Assembly (NCBI GenBank): GCA_963695085.1
Contig: CAVOFV010000001.1
Coordinates: 337,028-401,027, forward strand
Reading direction: 5' to 3'
DNA length: 64,000 bases
DNA from: an uncultured Gammaproteobacteria bacterium
GTDB taxonomy: Bacteria > Pseudomonadota > Gammaproteobacteria > Steroidobacterales > Steroidobacteraceae
Of the stretch, positions 42,035 to 51,893 are shown piece by piece. The notes beneath the pieces were generated by a model that was not told the DNA's origin, searched no databases, and saw only the letters and a list, made by a program, of their open reading frames with translations. Every line of letters starts with the position of its first letter. The first letter of the stretch is position 1. The position numbers and the translations under genes are program-made.

Positions 42035-42387
42035 GGGTCGCGGTGCACGGTTCCCGGCGAGAACGCCGGCACGCACACCGCCACGTAGCTTGCGCCTGCC
42101 GGTGTCGAGTAGCGCACCCATTCGCCGGCGGCCACATGCACCGCCTGGCCGGCGTGCACCTCGACGGAGCCGTCCGCGGACTCCACCCGCAGGCTGCCCG
42201 ACAGCACCAGCGAATACTCGTCGAATTCCGGGGTCTGGCCCGGCTCCACCCAGCCCGGCGGGCTGGTCATGCGGGCGATGCTGAGGCCGGTCGTGCCGGA
42301 GTTCACGCGGCCGACGAATTCCTCGATGCGCTTGGGCAGGCTGCCGGCTGCCGCAACGACCGTGGGGACTTGGATGACTCGCGGCAA
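42031..42387 (-). CDS. Cupin-domain protein
   Basis: 118 aa. Single cupin-like beta-barrel pattern (GWVEPGQTPEFDEYSLVLSGSL...VHAGQAVHVAAGEWVRY). Confidence 0.65.
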   Translation of the reverse strand: MPRVIQVPTVVAAAGSLPKRIEEFVGRVNSGTTGLSIARMTSPPGWVEPGQTPEFDEYSLVLSGSLRVESADGSVEVHAGQAVHVAAGEWVRYSTPAGASYVAVCVPAFSPGTVHRDP

Positions 42388-42441
42388 GATGCGGTTCCCG
42401 GACGTGGCCAGCCCGGAGTATCCCCTACGCGCGGCGCCCCC

Positions 42442-42666
42442 TCAATCCTGGTCGTGCCCGAAGTAGTCTTCGAGCCTCGTCATCGTGTCGGTTTCCCAGC
42501 CAACGGGCAGCGTGCGCGCCACTTTCGACAGTTGCTCGACATGGGGCTTGACGCGTGCCAGCGCGCGCGCCTCCCAGCCCGCGTCCGGGGCGGCCCGCCG
42601 CCCTGGCCGGCGTTCCGGTTCCGTCTGATCCTTGGTGGGACCGTCGTCGCTCGCGTCGTCGCCCAT
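42442..42666 (-). CDS. Hypothetical small protein (74 aa)
   Basis: ATG start and high third-position GC on hand inspection. No recognisable motif. Downstream of hslR on the same strand. Confidence 0.45.
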   Translation of the reverse strand: MGDDASDDGPTKDQTEPERRPGRRAAPDAGWEARALARVKPHVEQLSKVARTLPVGWETDTMTRLEDYFGHDQD

Positions 42667-42753
42667 GACTCCACTCCCGCGTCTGGCCCGTCAACGTTAC
42701 GCCAGCGGTGCGGTGCGCGTATGAGACCGGCTTCACGTAACCGGCGGTCGCGG

Positions 42754-43176
42754 TCAGTCCCGCCGCTGCCCCCTGTGAAACCGCAGCAGCGCGCGCCGGG
42801 TCTGCTTGTCGGGCCTGCCGGGCGTCTGCGGGGCGGCCATCGACGCCAGCCGGCGCTGCTCACGCATCCGCTCGCGCCGCGCCGCGCTGCCGGTCGTCTC
42901 CTCGTAGCAGCGGTGGGCCTCGGGCGCCGGACCGCGACGCACGGGGATGGCGAGCACGGTGACGGTCAATGCGTCGAAACCGGCGGTAATCTCCAGCTGG
43001 TCGCCGACGCGCACCCCGCGCGCCGGCTTGGCGCGCTCGCCGTTGACGTGCACCTTGCCGCCGCTGACCGCCGCGGTGGCCAGCGACCGCGTGCGGAAAA
43101 AACGCGCGTGCCACAGCCACTTGTCGAGCCGCAGCCGGCCGTCATCCGATTGCCGTCCATCCTTCATGCGCCGCAC
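42754..43176 (-). CDS. hslR: Ribosome-associated heat shock protein Hsp15 (S4 domain)
   Basis: RLDKWLWHARFFRTRSLA...GGKVHVNGERAKP...RPDKQTRRALLRF closely parallels E. coli Hsp15. Confidence 0.9.
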   Translation of the reverse strand: MRRMKDGRQSDDGRLRLDKWLWHARFFRTRSLATAAVSGGKVHVNGERAKPARGVRVGDQLEITAGFDALTVTVLAIPVRRGPAPEAHRCYEETTGSAARRERMREQRRLASMAAPQTPGRPDKQTRRALLRFHRGQRRD

Positions 43177-43235
43177 TCCGCGATCACGCCCCGCGGCACG
43201 TATAATCGGGCCCTGTCACAGAAGGAGCCGGCCAG

Positions 43236-44426
43236 GTGGACCCGTCATTCCTCGAACGGCTCGCCGCACAGGGTGCTGAACTCCACGAACAGGGATTGTA
43301 CAAGCGCGAGCGCGTGATCGCCTCGCCGCAGGATCCGGTCGTGCGCCTCGCCGACGGGCGCGAGGTCATCAACCTGTGCGCGAACAACTACCTCGGCCTG
43401 GCCAACCACCCGCAGCTGCGCGCGGCCGCCCACGCGGCGCTGGACCGTTACGGCTATGGCATGGCCTCGGTGCGCTTCATCTGCGGCACGCAGACCGTGC
43501 ACCGCGAACTGGAGGCACGGCTGGCGGCGTTCCTGGGCACCGACGACGCGATCCTCTACTCGTCCTGCTTCGACGCCAACGGCGGCCTGTTCGAGACGCT
43601 GACCGGCGAAGAGGACGCGATCATCTCGGATGCGCTCAACCATGCCAGCATCATCGACGGCATCCGGCTGTCGAAGGCGCGGCGCCTGCGCTACGACAAC
43701 TGCGACCTCGGGCAACTCGAGGCCTGCCTGCGGCAGGCGGCGGATGCGCGCACGCGCCTGATCGTGAGCGACGGCGTGTTTTCCATGGACGGCACGATTG
43801 CGCGGCTCGCGGGCATCTGCGACCTCGCCGATCGCTACGATGCCATCGTGGTGGTCGACGACTCCCACGCGACCGGGTTCCTCGGCGCCAACGGCCGCGG
43901 CAGCCACGAGCATTGCGGCGTCGTCGGGCGCGTCGACATCATCACCAGCACCTTCGGCAAGGCGCTGGGCGGCGCGAGCGGCGGTTGCGTCGCGGGACGG
44001 CAGCAGGTCATCGACTGGCTGCGGCAACGCTCGCGCCCGTACCTGTTCTCCAACTCCGTGGCGCCGGTCGTCGCGGCCACGACCCTGCGCGTGCTCGACC
44101 TGCTGGAGTCCATGCCGGAACTGCGGCAGGGCCTGCGGGACAACGCGGCGCATTTCCGTGCGTGCCTGCAGCAGCTAGGCTTCGAGCTGGTGCCGGGCGA
44201 ACACCCCATCATCCCGGTGATGCTGGGCGACGCGCCGCTGGCGGTGCGCATGGCCGAGCGGCTGCTCGAACTCGGCGTGTACGTCATAGGTTTCTCCTAT
44301 CCCGTCGTGCCGCTGGGCAAGGCACGGATCCGCACCCAGATGTGCGCCGCACACAGCCGGGCGCAGCTCGACCGGGCGGTCGGGGCCTTCGCCACGGCCG
44401 GACGCGAACTCGGCATCATTCAATGA
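43236..44426 (+). CDS. kbl: Glycine C-acetyltransferase (2-amino-3-ketobutyrate CoA ligase)
   Basis: [19 protein letters not shown] and PLP-Lys [14 protein letters not shown]. Followed by tdh. GTG start. Confidence 0.93.
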   Translation: MDPSFLERLAAQGAELHEQGLYKRERVIASPQDPVVRLADGREVINLCANNYLGLANHPQLRAAAHAALDRYGYGMASVRFICGTQTVHRELEARLAAFLGTDDAILYSSCFDANGGLFETLTGEEDAIISDALNHASIIDGIRLSKARRLRYDNCDLGQLEACLRQAADARTRLIVSDGVFSMDGTIARLAGICDLADRYDAIVVVDDSHATGFLGANGRGSHEHCGVVGRVDIITSTFGKALGGASGGCVAGRQQVIDWLRQRSRPYLFSNSVAPVVAATTLRVLDLLESMPELRQGLRDNAAHFRACLQQLGFELVPGEHPIIPVMLGDAPLAVRMAERLLELGVYVIGFSYPVVPLGKARIRTQMCAAHSRAQLDRAVGAFATAGRELGIIQ

Positions 44427-44433
44427 GGGCACC

Positions 44434-45462
44434 ATGAAGGCACTGGTCAAGTCGCGGCGCGAGGCGGGGATCTGGATGCAGAAGCTGGATCGTCCGGCCG
44501 TCGGGCACAACGACGTATTGATCCGCATGCGCAAGACGGCGATCTGCGGCACCGACATCCACATCTACAACTGGGACGCCTGGGCGCAGAAGACGATTCC
44601 CGTGCCGATGCAGGTAGGCCATGAGTACTGCGGCGAGATCGTCGAGATGGGCGGCGAAGTCGCGGGCTTGCAGATCGGCGACCGCGTGTCCGGCGAGGGC
44701 CACATCACCTGCGGGCACTGCCGCAACTGCCGCGCCGGCCGCCGCCACCTGTGCCGCAACACCGCCGGGGTTGGCGTCAACCGGCCAGGGTGCTTCGCCG
44801 AGTACATGACCCTGCCGGCCTCCAACGTGTTCAGGCTGCCGGCGGCGATCAGCGACGACATCGCCTCGATCCTGGATCCGCTGGGCAACGCGACCCATGC
44901 CGCGTTGTCGTTCAGCATCGTGGGCGAAGACGTGCTGATCACCGGCGCGGGCCCGATCGGCATCATGGCCGTCGCCATCGCGCGCTTCATCGGCGCGCGT
45001 CACGTCGTCATCACGGACGTGAATGACTACCGGCTCGAGCTGGCGCGGAAGATGGGCGCAACGCGCGCCGTCAACGTCACGCGCGATGCACTGCCGGACG
45101 TCATGAACGAGCTCGGCATGGAGGAAGGCTTCGATGTCGGGCTCGAGATGTCGGGCAACCCGGGCGCTTTCCGCGACATGGTCAAGACCATGCACCACGG
45201 CGGCAGCATCGCGCTGCTCGGCATCCCGCCCGCGGACATGGCCATCGACTGGAACGACGTCATCTTCAAGGGACTGGTCATCAAGGGCATCTACGGCCGC
45301 GAGATGTTCGAGACCTGGTACAAGATGGCGAGCATGCTGCAGAGCGGGCTGGACGTCGCGCCGGTCATCACGCACCGCTTCCCGGTCGGCGACTACCAGC
45401 AGGCCTTCGAGGTCATGAACACCGGACGCTCCGGCAAGGTCATCCTGGACTGGGCGGCCTGA
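44434..45462 (+). CDS. tdh: L-threonine 3-dehydrogenase
   Basis: Zinc-ADH motifs [12 protein letters not shown] and [15 protein letters not shown]. kbl-tdh pair. Confidence 0.93.
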   Translation: MKALVKSRREAGIWMQKLDRPAVGHNDVLIRMRKTAICGTDIHIYNWDAWAQKTIPVPMQVGHEYCGEIVEMGGEVAGLQIGDRVSGEGHITCGHCRNCRAGRRHLCRNTAGVGVNRPGCFAEYMTLPASNVFRLPAAISDDIASILDPLGNATHAALSFSIVGEDVLITGAGPIGIMAVAIARFIGARHVVITDVNDYRLELARKMGATRAVNVTRDALPDVMNELGMEEGFDVGLEMSGNPGAFRDMVKTMHHGGSIALLGIPPADMAIDWNDVIFKGLVIKGIYGREMFETWYKMASMLQSGLDVAPVITHRFPVGDYQQAFEVMNTGRSGKVILDWAA

Positions 45463-45465
45463 GGC

Positions 45466-47310
45466 TCACTCGACGCGACAGGCGCACCAGTACAACGGGC
45501 GCCCGCTTTCCGCCAGCCTGACCAGACTGGCGACTTCCGGCGCGACCAGCCCGATCAGCGGCAGCGTGGGCCGCTTGATCTCGAAGCCCGCCCAGCTCAC
45601 GAAACGCGCCACCGCGGCGCGCAGCTGGAGCGCCAGCATGTCCCGCCAGCTGCGGTCCGGCTTGAGCCATTCGGTGCCGTAGCCGTCCGCCAGGCTGCCG
45701 ATGCGCGCGGCTTCCTCGACCGCGGCCGACAGGTCGCCGAATGCGTCCACGAGCCCGACATTCTTCGCGTCGGTCCCGGACCAGACGCGGCCCTGCCCGA
45801 TGCTGTCGATGTCCTCCCACGGCCGCTGGCGGGACTGCGCCACGCCGGCGACAAATGTGCGGTAGGCGTGCCCGACGCTGGCCTGCAGGACCTCCGCGAG
45901 TTGTGGGTTCAGGTCGCGGTCGAGCCGCTCGGCGCCGGCCAGCGCCGTGGTGCCGAAACCGTCGGTCGTGATGCCGATCTTGCCGAGCGTGCGGCCGAAC
46001 GTCGGGATCACTGCGTAAACGCCGATGGAGCCCGTAATCGTGGTCGGCGCGGCGTAGATGCGGTCCGCCGGCGCGGCGATGTAATACCCGCCGGAGGCCG
46101 CGACGCTGGACATCGAGGCCACGACCGGTTTGCCGGCCGCGCGCAGCGCCAGGACTTCGCGGCGCACCTGCTCGGCCGCGAACATGCTGCCGCCGGGGCT
46201 GTCGATGCGCAGCACCACCGCATCGATGCGGTCGTCGAAGCGAGCGTCACGCAGCAGCCCGGACAGCGTGTCGCCGCCGACCGTGCCCGGCGGCTGCGCG
46301 CCGTCCAGGATGTCGCCGGCGGCGACGATCACGCCCACATTGTGCTTGGCTCGCTTGCGAAGGCTCCGCTCGGACTGCAGCACGGCCAGGTAGTGCCGCC
46401 AGTCCATGCCCTGGAAGCTGTGCTCTTCCTCGTCCTCGCCGACTTCCTCGCTGACCCGCTCGTCGAACTGCTCGCGGGTCTTCAGGCCGTCCACGAGGTC
46501 GCGGCCGAGCGCGTACTGCGCGAGGTCGCCCTCGGCCTGCCGCACGCCTTCGCCGGCCCGGTCCGCGTAGCCCTGCAGCGCCTCGGGCTCGATGCCGCGG
46601 GCTGCCGCGACGTCGGCCTTCCAGGCTTCCCACAGCGCGCCTATCCAGACCGTCGCCTCGCTGCGGTCTTCCGCCGACATGTTGCTGCGGGTGAAGCTCT
46701 CCGGCGCCGACTTGTGCGTACCGACCTTGAATACGTTGACCTCGACGCCGAGCTTGTCGGCGGTGCCCTTGAGGTACTGCCGGAAGTACCCATAGCCCTC
46801 GATGATCACCACGCCGAACGGATCGAGATACACCTCGTCCGCCTGCGCGGCGAGGTAATACTGGCGCTGGTCGTAGTAGGCGCCCCAGGCCAGCACCTTC
46901 TTGCCCGACTCGCGGAAGACCGCGATCGCGCGGCCGAGGTCCTGCAGGGCCGGCAGTCCCGCGCGCTCGAGCGCGCCGAGATCCAGGACCAGGGCCTGCA
47001 CGCGGTCGTCGTCCGCCGCGGCCCTGACCACCTTGAGCAGATCTTCCAGCCGCGTCTCGGGCTGGCGCTCGCCGGCCAGGTCGAACAGCGCGCGGTCCAG
47101 CGCATCGCCCGACAGTTCCTCGACGATGCGGCCTTCCGGCGCCAGCACCAGCGCGGCCTTGGCCGGGACGTAGGGGATCGCCGAACGGGTGGCTGCAAAC
47201 ACGATGCCGAACAGCACCAGCAACAGGACCAGGTGCAGCACCTTGCGCACGCCATCCAGCGCGCGCCAGACGCCCCTGAAGAATCCGCCGATCATCTTGA
47301 ACAGGCTCAT
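45466..47310 (-). CDS. sppA: Signal peptide peptidase SppA (protease IV, 67K type)
   Basis: N-terminal TM segment and two ClpP-fold halves (VASMSSVAASGGYYIAAPADRIYA). ATG at 47310. Confidence 0.88.
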   Translation of the reverse strand: MSLFKMIGGFFRGVWRALDGVRKVLHLVLLLVLFGIVFAATRSAIPYVPAKAALVLAPEGRIVEELSGDALDRALFDLAGERQPETRLEDLLKVVRAAADDDRVQALVLDLGALERAGLPALQDLGRAIAVFRESGKKVLAWGAYYDQRQYYLAAQADEVYLDPFGVVIIEGYGYFRQYLKGTADKLGVEVNVFKVGTHKSAPESFTRSNMSAEDRSEATVWIGALWEAWKADVAAARGIEPEALQGYADRAGEGVRQAEGDLAQYALGRDLVDGLKTREQFDERVSEEVGEDEEEHSFQGMDWRHYLAVLQSERSLRKRAKHNVGVIVAAGDILDGAQPPGTVGGDTLSGLLRDARFDDRIDAVVLRIDSPGGSMFAAEQVRREVLALRAAGKPVVASMSSVAASGGYYIAAPADRIYAAPTTITGSIGVYAVIPTFGRTLGKIGITTDGFGTTALAGAERLDRDLNPQLAEVLQASVGHAYRTFVAGVAQSRQRPWEDIDSIGQGRVWSGTDAKNVGLVDAFGDLSAAVEEAARIGSLADGYGTEWLKPDRSWRDMLALQLRAAVARFVSWAGFEIKRPTLPLIGLVAPEVASLVRLAESGRPLYWCACRVE

Positions 47311-47401
47311 GACCGTACTACCCTGCCGTCGCGCCGGATCCGCCGGCCCGCCAGAGTTTACCGGCCCGGCCCGATCGGCGTGCAACGCCTTTGCAGCGGC
47401 C

Positions 47402-47429
47402 AAGAAAACGGGGCCACGCCGGGCCCCGT
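47402..47429 (-). terminator. Rho-independent terminator after rplS
   Basis: On the minus strand, ACGGGGCC-loop-GGCCCCGU is followed by UUUUCUU. Confidence 0.7.
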
Positions 47430-47457
47430 CTACTCGAACCGCCCGCGCCGTCCGACG

Positions 47458-47805
47458 TCAGTCGATCTTCTCCTCGATGCGCGCCGACCTGCCGGAACGT
47501 TCGCGCAGGAAGTACAGCTTCGCGCGACGCACGTGGCCGCGACGCTTCACCTGCACGTCGGCGATCGACGGGCTGTGTGACTGGAACACGCGCTCCACGC
47601 CCTCACCGTGCGAGATCTTGCGAACCGTGAACGAGCTGTTGAGCCCGCGGTTCTTGCGCGCAATGACCACGCCCTCGTAGGCCTGCACGCGCTCGCGCTC
47701 GCCTTCCTTGACCTTGACCTGCACGACGACGGTGTCGCCGGGCACGAATTCCGGCAGCTTCCTCGTCGCGGCCCGCGCCTCGAAGTCCTGGATGATCTTG
47801 TTCAT
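47458..47805 (-). CDS. rplS: 50S ribosomal protein L19
   Basis: MNKIIQDFE...[30 protein letters not shown]. Confidence 0.97.
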   Translation of the reverse strand: MNKIIQDFEARAATRKLPEFVPGDTVVVQVKVKEGERERVQAYEGVVIARKNRGLNSSFTVRKISHGEGVERVFQSHSPSIADVQVKRRGHVRRAKLYFLRERSGRSARIEEKID

Positions 47806-47826
47806 GGGTCTGTTCCCGCTGTCGAT

Positions 47827-48591
47827 TCAAGCCTTGCGGCCGGGCGGCTCGACTCCCGCCTCGGCGCAGTATTCCTCGAGGAGCACGCGCTCCTCCGGTC
47901 CAAGTTCCCGCGCGGCCAGCAGCTCCGGTCGCCGTCGCCAGGTCAGGCCCAGCGCCTGTTTCAGCCGCCAGCGCCGGATCGCCTCGTGGTTGCCGCCCAG
48001 CAGCACCTCGGGCACCGGCCGCCCCTGCCACGTCTCCGGCCGCGTGTATTGCGGCCAGTCGAGCAGGCCGTCCGCGAACGAGTCCTGCTCCGCCGAGGCC
48101 TCGTCGCCCAGCACGCCGGGCAGCAGCCTCGCCACCGCATCCACCACGATCAGCGCCGGCAGCTCGCCGCCCGACACGACGTAATCGCCGACCGACAGCT
48201 CCTCGTCCACCGCCGCGTCCAGCACGCGCTGGTCCACGCCTTCGTACCGCCCTGCCACCAGCACCGCGCCCGGCAGCGCCGCCAGGCGCACCGCGCCCTG
48301 CTGGTCGAACCGCCGGCCCTGCGCGCTGAGCGCAATCACCGGGCAACCCGCTGGCAGCCTCGCCGACGCCGCCCGAATGGCCGCGTCGAGCGCTCCGGCC
48401 TTCATCACCATCCCGGGCCCGCCGCCGTAGGGGCGGTCGTCCACGGTCCGGTGCACATCCGAGGTGTGCGCCCGCGGATCCTCGGTGCCGACATGCAGCA
48501 CCCCGCGTCCCACCGCCCGGCCCACGACGCCGCAGGCGAGGTAGGCCCGGACCAGCTCCGGAAACAGCGTCACTACCTCGAAGCGCAACAC
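47827..48591 (-). CDS. trmD: tRNA (guanine37-N1)-methyltransferase
   Basis: RFEVVTLFPEL..., GRYEGVDQRV and SVGDYVVSGGELPA. The GTG at 48591 avoids overlapping rimM. Confidence 0.93.
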   Translation of the reverse strand: MLRFEVVTLFPELVRAYLACGVVGRAVGRGVLHVGTEDPRAHTSDVHRTVDDRPYGGGPGMVMKAGALDAAIRAASARLPAGCPVIALSAQGRRFDQQGAVRLAALPGAVLVAGRYEGVDQRVLDAAVDEELSVGDYVVSGGELPALIVVDAVARLLPGVLGDEASAEQDSFADGLLDWPQYTRPETWQGRPVPEVLLGGNHEAIRRWRLKQALGLTWRRRPELLAARELGPEERVLLEEYCAEAGVEPPGRKA

Positions 48592-48598
48592 CGGCAAC

Positions 48599-49123
48599 CT
48601 AGACTTCCGGGTCCCAGTCCACCACGATGCGCCCGGCATCGAGGTCGACATTCTTCAGGTGGCTCGGCACCAGCGGCACCAGGCGCTCGCGCTCACCCAC
48701 CACGATCATGACCGGGTTGGCCGGCGTCTCGGCGAAGCCATCCAGCCTGCCAAGCGGCACCCCCCCGGTCGTGACGACCTCGAGTCCCTCGAGATCGGCC
48801 CAGTAGTACTGGCGCCCTTCCAGGACCGGCAGCCGGCTGCGCGGCACGCTGATATCGCAGTGCGCGAGCGCCGCCGCCGCGTCCCGGTCGCCAACACCCT
48901 CGAGTCTCGCGACCACGGCCTTGCCGTGGCGGCGGCCCTCGAGGGGCCGGAGTGTACGTGGGCCGGAGCGCGGCACGTCAACGTGCCACTCGCCGAAGTC
49001 CAGGACATCCTCCGCCGGGTCGGTGTAGGACCTGACCTTCACCCAACCTTTCACTCCGAATGGACCGGTGATCCGCCCCATCGTCACCAGCGGCCCGGCC
49101 GGCGCCGACGGTTCAACCGTCAT
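48599..49123 (-). CDS. rimM: 16S rRNA processing protein RimM
   Basis: GRITGPFGVKGWVKVRSYT PRC-barrel family N-terminus and its operon position. Confidence 0.92.
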   Translation of the reverse strand: MTVEPSAPAGPLVTMGRITGPFGVKGWVKVRSYTDPAEDVLDFGEWHVDVPRSGPRTLRPLEGRRHGKAVVARLEGVGDRDAAAALAHCDISVPRSRLPVLEGRQYYWADLEGLEVVTTGGVPLGRLDGFAETPANPVMIVVGERERLVPLVPSHLKNVDLDAGRIVVDWDPEV

Positions 49124-49147
49124 GGCCCGGCTTCATCAGTCACGTCC

Positions 49148-49405
49148 TCAGGCGTCCGCAGCCCGCTTGCGGTAGGCCGTCACGAGCGCCCGCACACGGT
49201 CCGACATCTGCGCGCCGGTACCCGCCCAATGGTCGATGCGGGCGAGGTCGAGCTGGATCTTCGTTTCCTTGTTGCGCGCGACCGGATTGAAGTAACCCAC
49301 CTGCTCCAGCACCGGGCCACCTTGCCGCCTGCGGCTGTCTGCGACGACGACGTGATAGAACGGCGAGTTCTTGCCGCCACGACGCGTCAATCGGATCGTC
49401 ACCAT
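49148..49405 (-). CDS. rpsP: 30S ribosomal protein S16
   Basis: MVTIRLTRRGGKNSPFYHVVVADSR. Confidence 0.97.
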   Translation of the reverse strand: MVTIRLTRRGGKNSPFYHVVVADSRRRQGGPVLEQVGYFNPVARNKETKIQLDLARIDHWAGTGAQMSDRVRALVTAYRKRAADA

Positions 49406-49546
49406 CGAAACTGTCCTCGAAATCGTAAGCCACGCGCACCCCCGGGTGCACACAGGCGGCCGGCCGCAGCCCGGTCGTCAGAGAGCCGCGCATATTACCC
49501 AAAAACGGCCGGAAGTTAAATAGTTAGGTGTGGGGCGGGGGTCATT

Positions 49547-50923
49547 TCAGCGGCGCGGCGGCAGGCCTCCGGGGAACCCGCCCGGCAGCCGGCCCCCGAA
49601 CGCGCGCATCATCTTGCGCAGCCCGCCGCCCTTGAGGCGCTTCATGACCCGGGCCATCTCGCCGAACTGCTTGAGCAGGCGGTTGACGTCCTGTACCTGC
49701 ACCCCCGCGCCAGCGGCGATTCGGCGGCGCCGGGAGCCCTTGACGATGTCCGGCCGGCGGCGCTCCGCAGGAGTCATCGAATCGATGATCGCGATCTGCC
49801 GGCGCAGCGACCGGTCGTCCGGCAGCAGGCCCGGCTGTCCGCCAGGCAGCATCCCCTGCGGCAGCTTGTCCATGACCGCAGCCAGTCCGCCTGCACCCTG
49901 CAGCTGCTGCAGTTGCTCGCGCAGGTCGGTCAGGTCGAGGCCGCGGCCCTTGGCGAGTTTCCGCGCCAGCGCCTCGGCCTTGTCCTGGTCCACCTGCGCA
50001 TGGACCTGCTCGACCAGCGAGACGACATCGCCCATGCCGAGGATGCGCGACGCCACGCGCTCCGGGTGAAAGACCTCGAGCGCGTCGATCTTTTCGCCGA
50101 CGCCCATGAACAGGATCGGCTTGCCGGTCACGTGGCGTACCGACAGCGCCGCACCACCGCGTGCGTCGCCGTCGGCCTTGGTGAGGATGACGCCGGTCAG
50201 GGCCAGGGCCTGGTCGAACGCCCGCGCCGCGTTGACCGCGTCCTGGCCGGCCATGCTGTCGACGATGAACAGCCGCTCGAAGGACCGCGCCGCCTCGTCG
50301 ACTGCGCGCACCTCGGCCATCATCGCCGCGTCCACGTGCAGCCTGCCGGCGGTGTCCAGGATAATCACGTCGTGCGCGTGCCGGCGGCCGTGCAACACGG
50401 CGGCGCGCGCGATATCGACGGCTGGTGTGGTCGGCTCAGCGGCGAAGTAATCCGCGCCCACCTGCCCGGCGAGGCGCTCGAGCTGGGTCATGGCGGCCGG
50501 CCGGTGCACGTCCGTGCTGGCCAGCAGGACCCGCTTGTTGCGCGTCTCCATCAGGTGCCGGGCGAGCTTGGCGGCGGTCGTCGTCTTGCCGGCGCCCTGC
50601 AGGCCGGCCAGCAGGATCACGACGGGTGGCTGCGCCTTGAGTTCGAGGCCGCGGCCCGGCTCGCCCATCACGGCCACGAGTTCCTCGTGGAGGATCTTGA
50701 TGAACGCCTGGCCCGGCGTCAGGCTGCGCGCGACCTCCTCGCCCACGGCGCGCACGCGCACGGCGTCGGTAAAAGCCTTGACGACCGGCACGGCCACGTC
50801 GGCCTCGAGCAGCGCCATGCGCACCTGGCGCAAGGTGTCCGCGATGTTGTCGTCGGTCAGCCGCCCGCGGCCGCGCACCGCGGTCACAGCGAGCGAAAGG
50901 CGGTCCGTGAGCGCTTGGAACAT
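49547..50923 (-). CDS. ffh: Signal recognition particle protein Ffh
   Basis: MFQALTDRLS..., GLQGAGKTTTAAKLA, DTAGRLH and a Met-rich M domain. Confidence 0.96.
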   Translation of the reverse strand: MFQALTDRLSLAVTAVRGRGRLTDDNIADTLRQVRMALLEADVAVPVVKAFTDAVRVRAVGEEVARSLTPGQAFIKILHEELVAVMGEPGRGLELKAQPPVVILLAGLQGAGKTTTAAKLARHLMETRNKRVLLASTDVHRPAAMTQLERLAGQVGADYFAAEPTTPAVDIARAAVLHGRRHAHDVIILDTAGRLHVDAAMMAEVRAVDEAARSFERLFIVDSMAGQDAVNAARAFDQALALTGVILTKADGDARGGAALSVRHVTGKPILFMGVGEKIDALEVFHPERVASRILGMGDVVSLVEQVHAQVDQDKAEALARKLAKGRGLDLTDLREQLQQLQGAGGLAAVMDKLPQGMLPGGQPGLLPDDRSLRRQIAIIDSMTPAERRRPDIVKGSRRRRIAAGAGVQVQDVNRLLKQFGEMARVMKRLKGGGLRKMMRAFGGRLPGGFPGGLPPRR

Positions 50924-51044
50924 CCTGGGGCCTGCTGACGCATCGCCGATCGCTGCGCTGGATCGGCGGCGCCGATTATAGGGCCTGCATATTGAGCGCG
51001 CGCTTGCCGTACAATCGCCGGCAACGCCAGCAACGAGACACCGC

Positions 51045-51845
51045 GTGTACGGCATTCTCGTCATCGCCGTGTATTTCGCCGCAGCCGCCACCGCGGCGTG
51101 GGGGGCGTGGCGCGCCCGTCTGGCCAGCGCAGCGCACGGCCCGGCGCCATACCTCGCCTGCATCGCCGTGGCCGGGCATCTGCTGTGGTTGTCCCTGACA
51201 TTGCGCGCGGAGACCGGTTACGCGCTGGACATCGCCGGCAGCCTGTCGCTGTTCGGGCTGGTGGTCGGTTCGATCGGCCTGTTGCTGGCCTTCCGCCGCA
51301 ACTTCCGTGCGCCTGCCGCAATCCTGCTCGCCACGGCCGGGCTGCTGGCGCTGGGTACCGGCAGCCTTTCGACGGTCCAGGAGGTGGCCCACCCGGGCTG
51401 GGCGATGGCGGCGCACATCACGCTCTCGGCGCTGGCGTTCGGGTTGATGGCGACGGCAGCGCTGCTGACCCTCGTGCTGGCCGCGCAGCAGGCCAGCCTG
51501 CGCAGCCGCCGCCCGGCCGGCTGGCTCGCCGCGCTGCCGCCGATGGAGAGCATGGAGCACGCCGTCTTCACGCTGCTGGGGGTCGGATTCGTCGCGTTGT
51601 CCACGACGCTGCTGATCGGCGCATTCTTCGTCACCGACCTGTTCGCGCAGCGGCTCGCACACAAGGTGACGCTGGCATTGATTGCGTGGGCGATCTTCGG
51701 CGTGCTGCTGCTGGGCCGTCACCGCTTCGGCTGGCGCGGCCGCAAGGCCACGCGACTGGTGCTGGCCGGCTTCGTCTTCCTGGCAATGTCGTACCTGTTG
51801 ACCAAGTTCATCCTCGAGGAGGTGCTGGGGCGGCACTGGGGCTGA
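51045..51845 (+). CDS. Cytochrome c assembly-family inner membrane protein (YpjD-like)
   Basis: Polytopic 266-aa protein divergent from ffh and followed by corB, as in the E. coli ffh/ypjD/yfjD locus. Confidence 0.75.
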   Translation: MYGILVIAVYFAAAATAAWGAWRARLASAAHGPAPYLACIAVAGHLLWLSLTLRAETGYALDIAGSLSLFGLVVGSIGLLLAFRRNFRAPAAILLATAGLLALGTGSLSTVQEVAHPGWAMAAHITLSALAFGLMATAALLTLVLAAQQASLRSRRPAGWLAALPPMESMEHAVFTLLGVGFVALSTTLLIGAFFVTDLFAQRLAHKVTLALIAWAIFGVLLLGRHRFGWRGRKATRLVLAGFVFLAMSYLLTKFILEEVLGRHWG

Positions 51846-51893
51846 CGCGTCCGGGCATGCCTTCCTTGACGCCGGGGCGCAGCGCTTGCTGCA

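Noticed and set aside
42035-42121. Possible preQ1 riboswitch or leader upstream of the YhhQ-type transporter
   Set aside because: This stretch is the 3' coding end of the cupin gene, and the transporter start overlaps the cupin stop. There is no free leader, and I saw no preQ1-like hairpin with an A-rich tail.
42425-42736. Alternative 103-aa ORF overlapping the 74-aa hypothetical gene
   Set aside because: Its composition is Arg/Gly-rich (RRRERRRSHQGSDG...), which is typical of an off-frame translation. The 42442-42666 frame has better codon bias.
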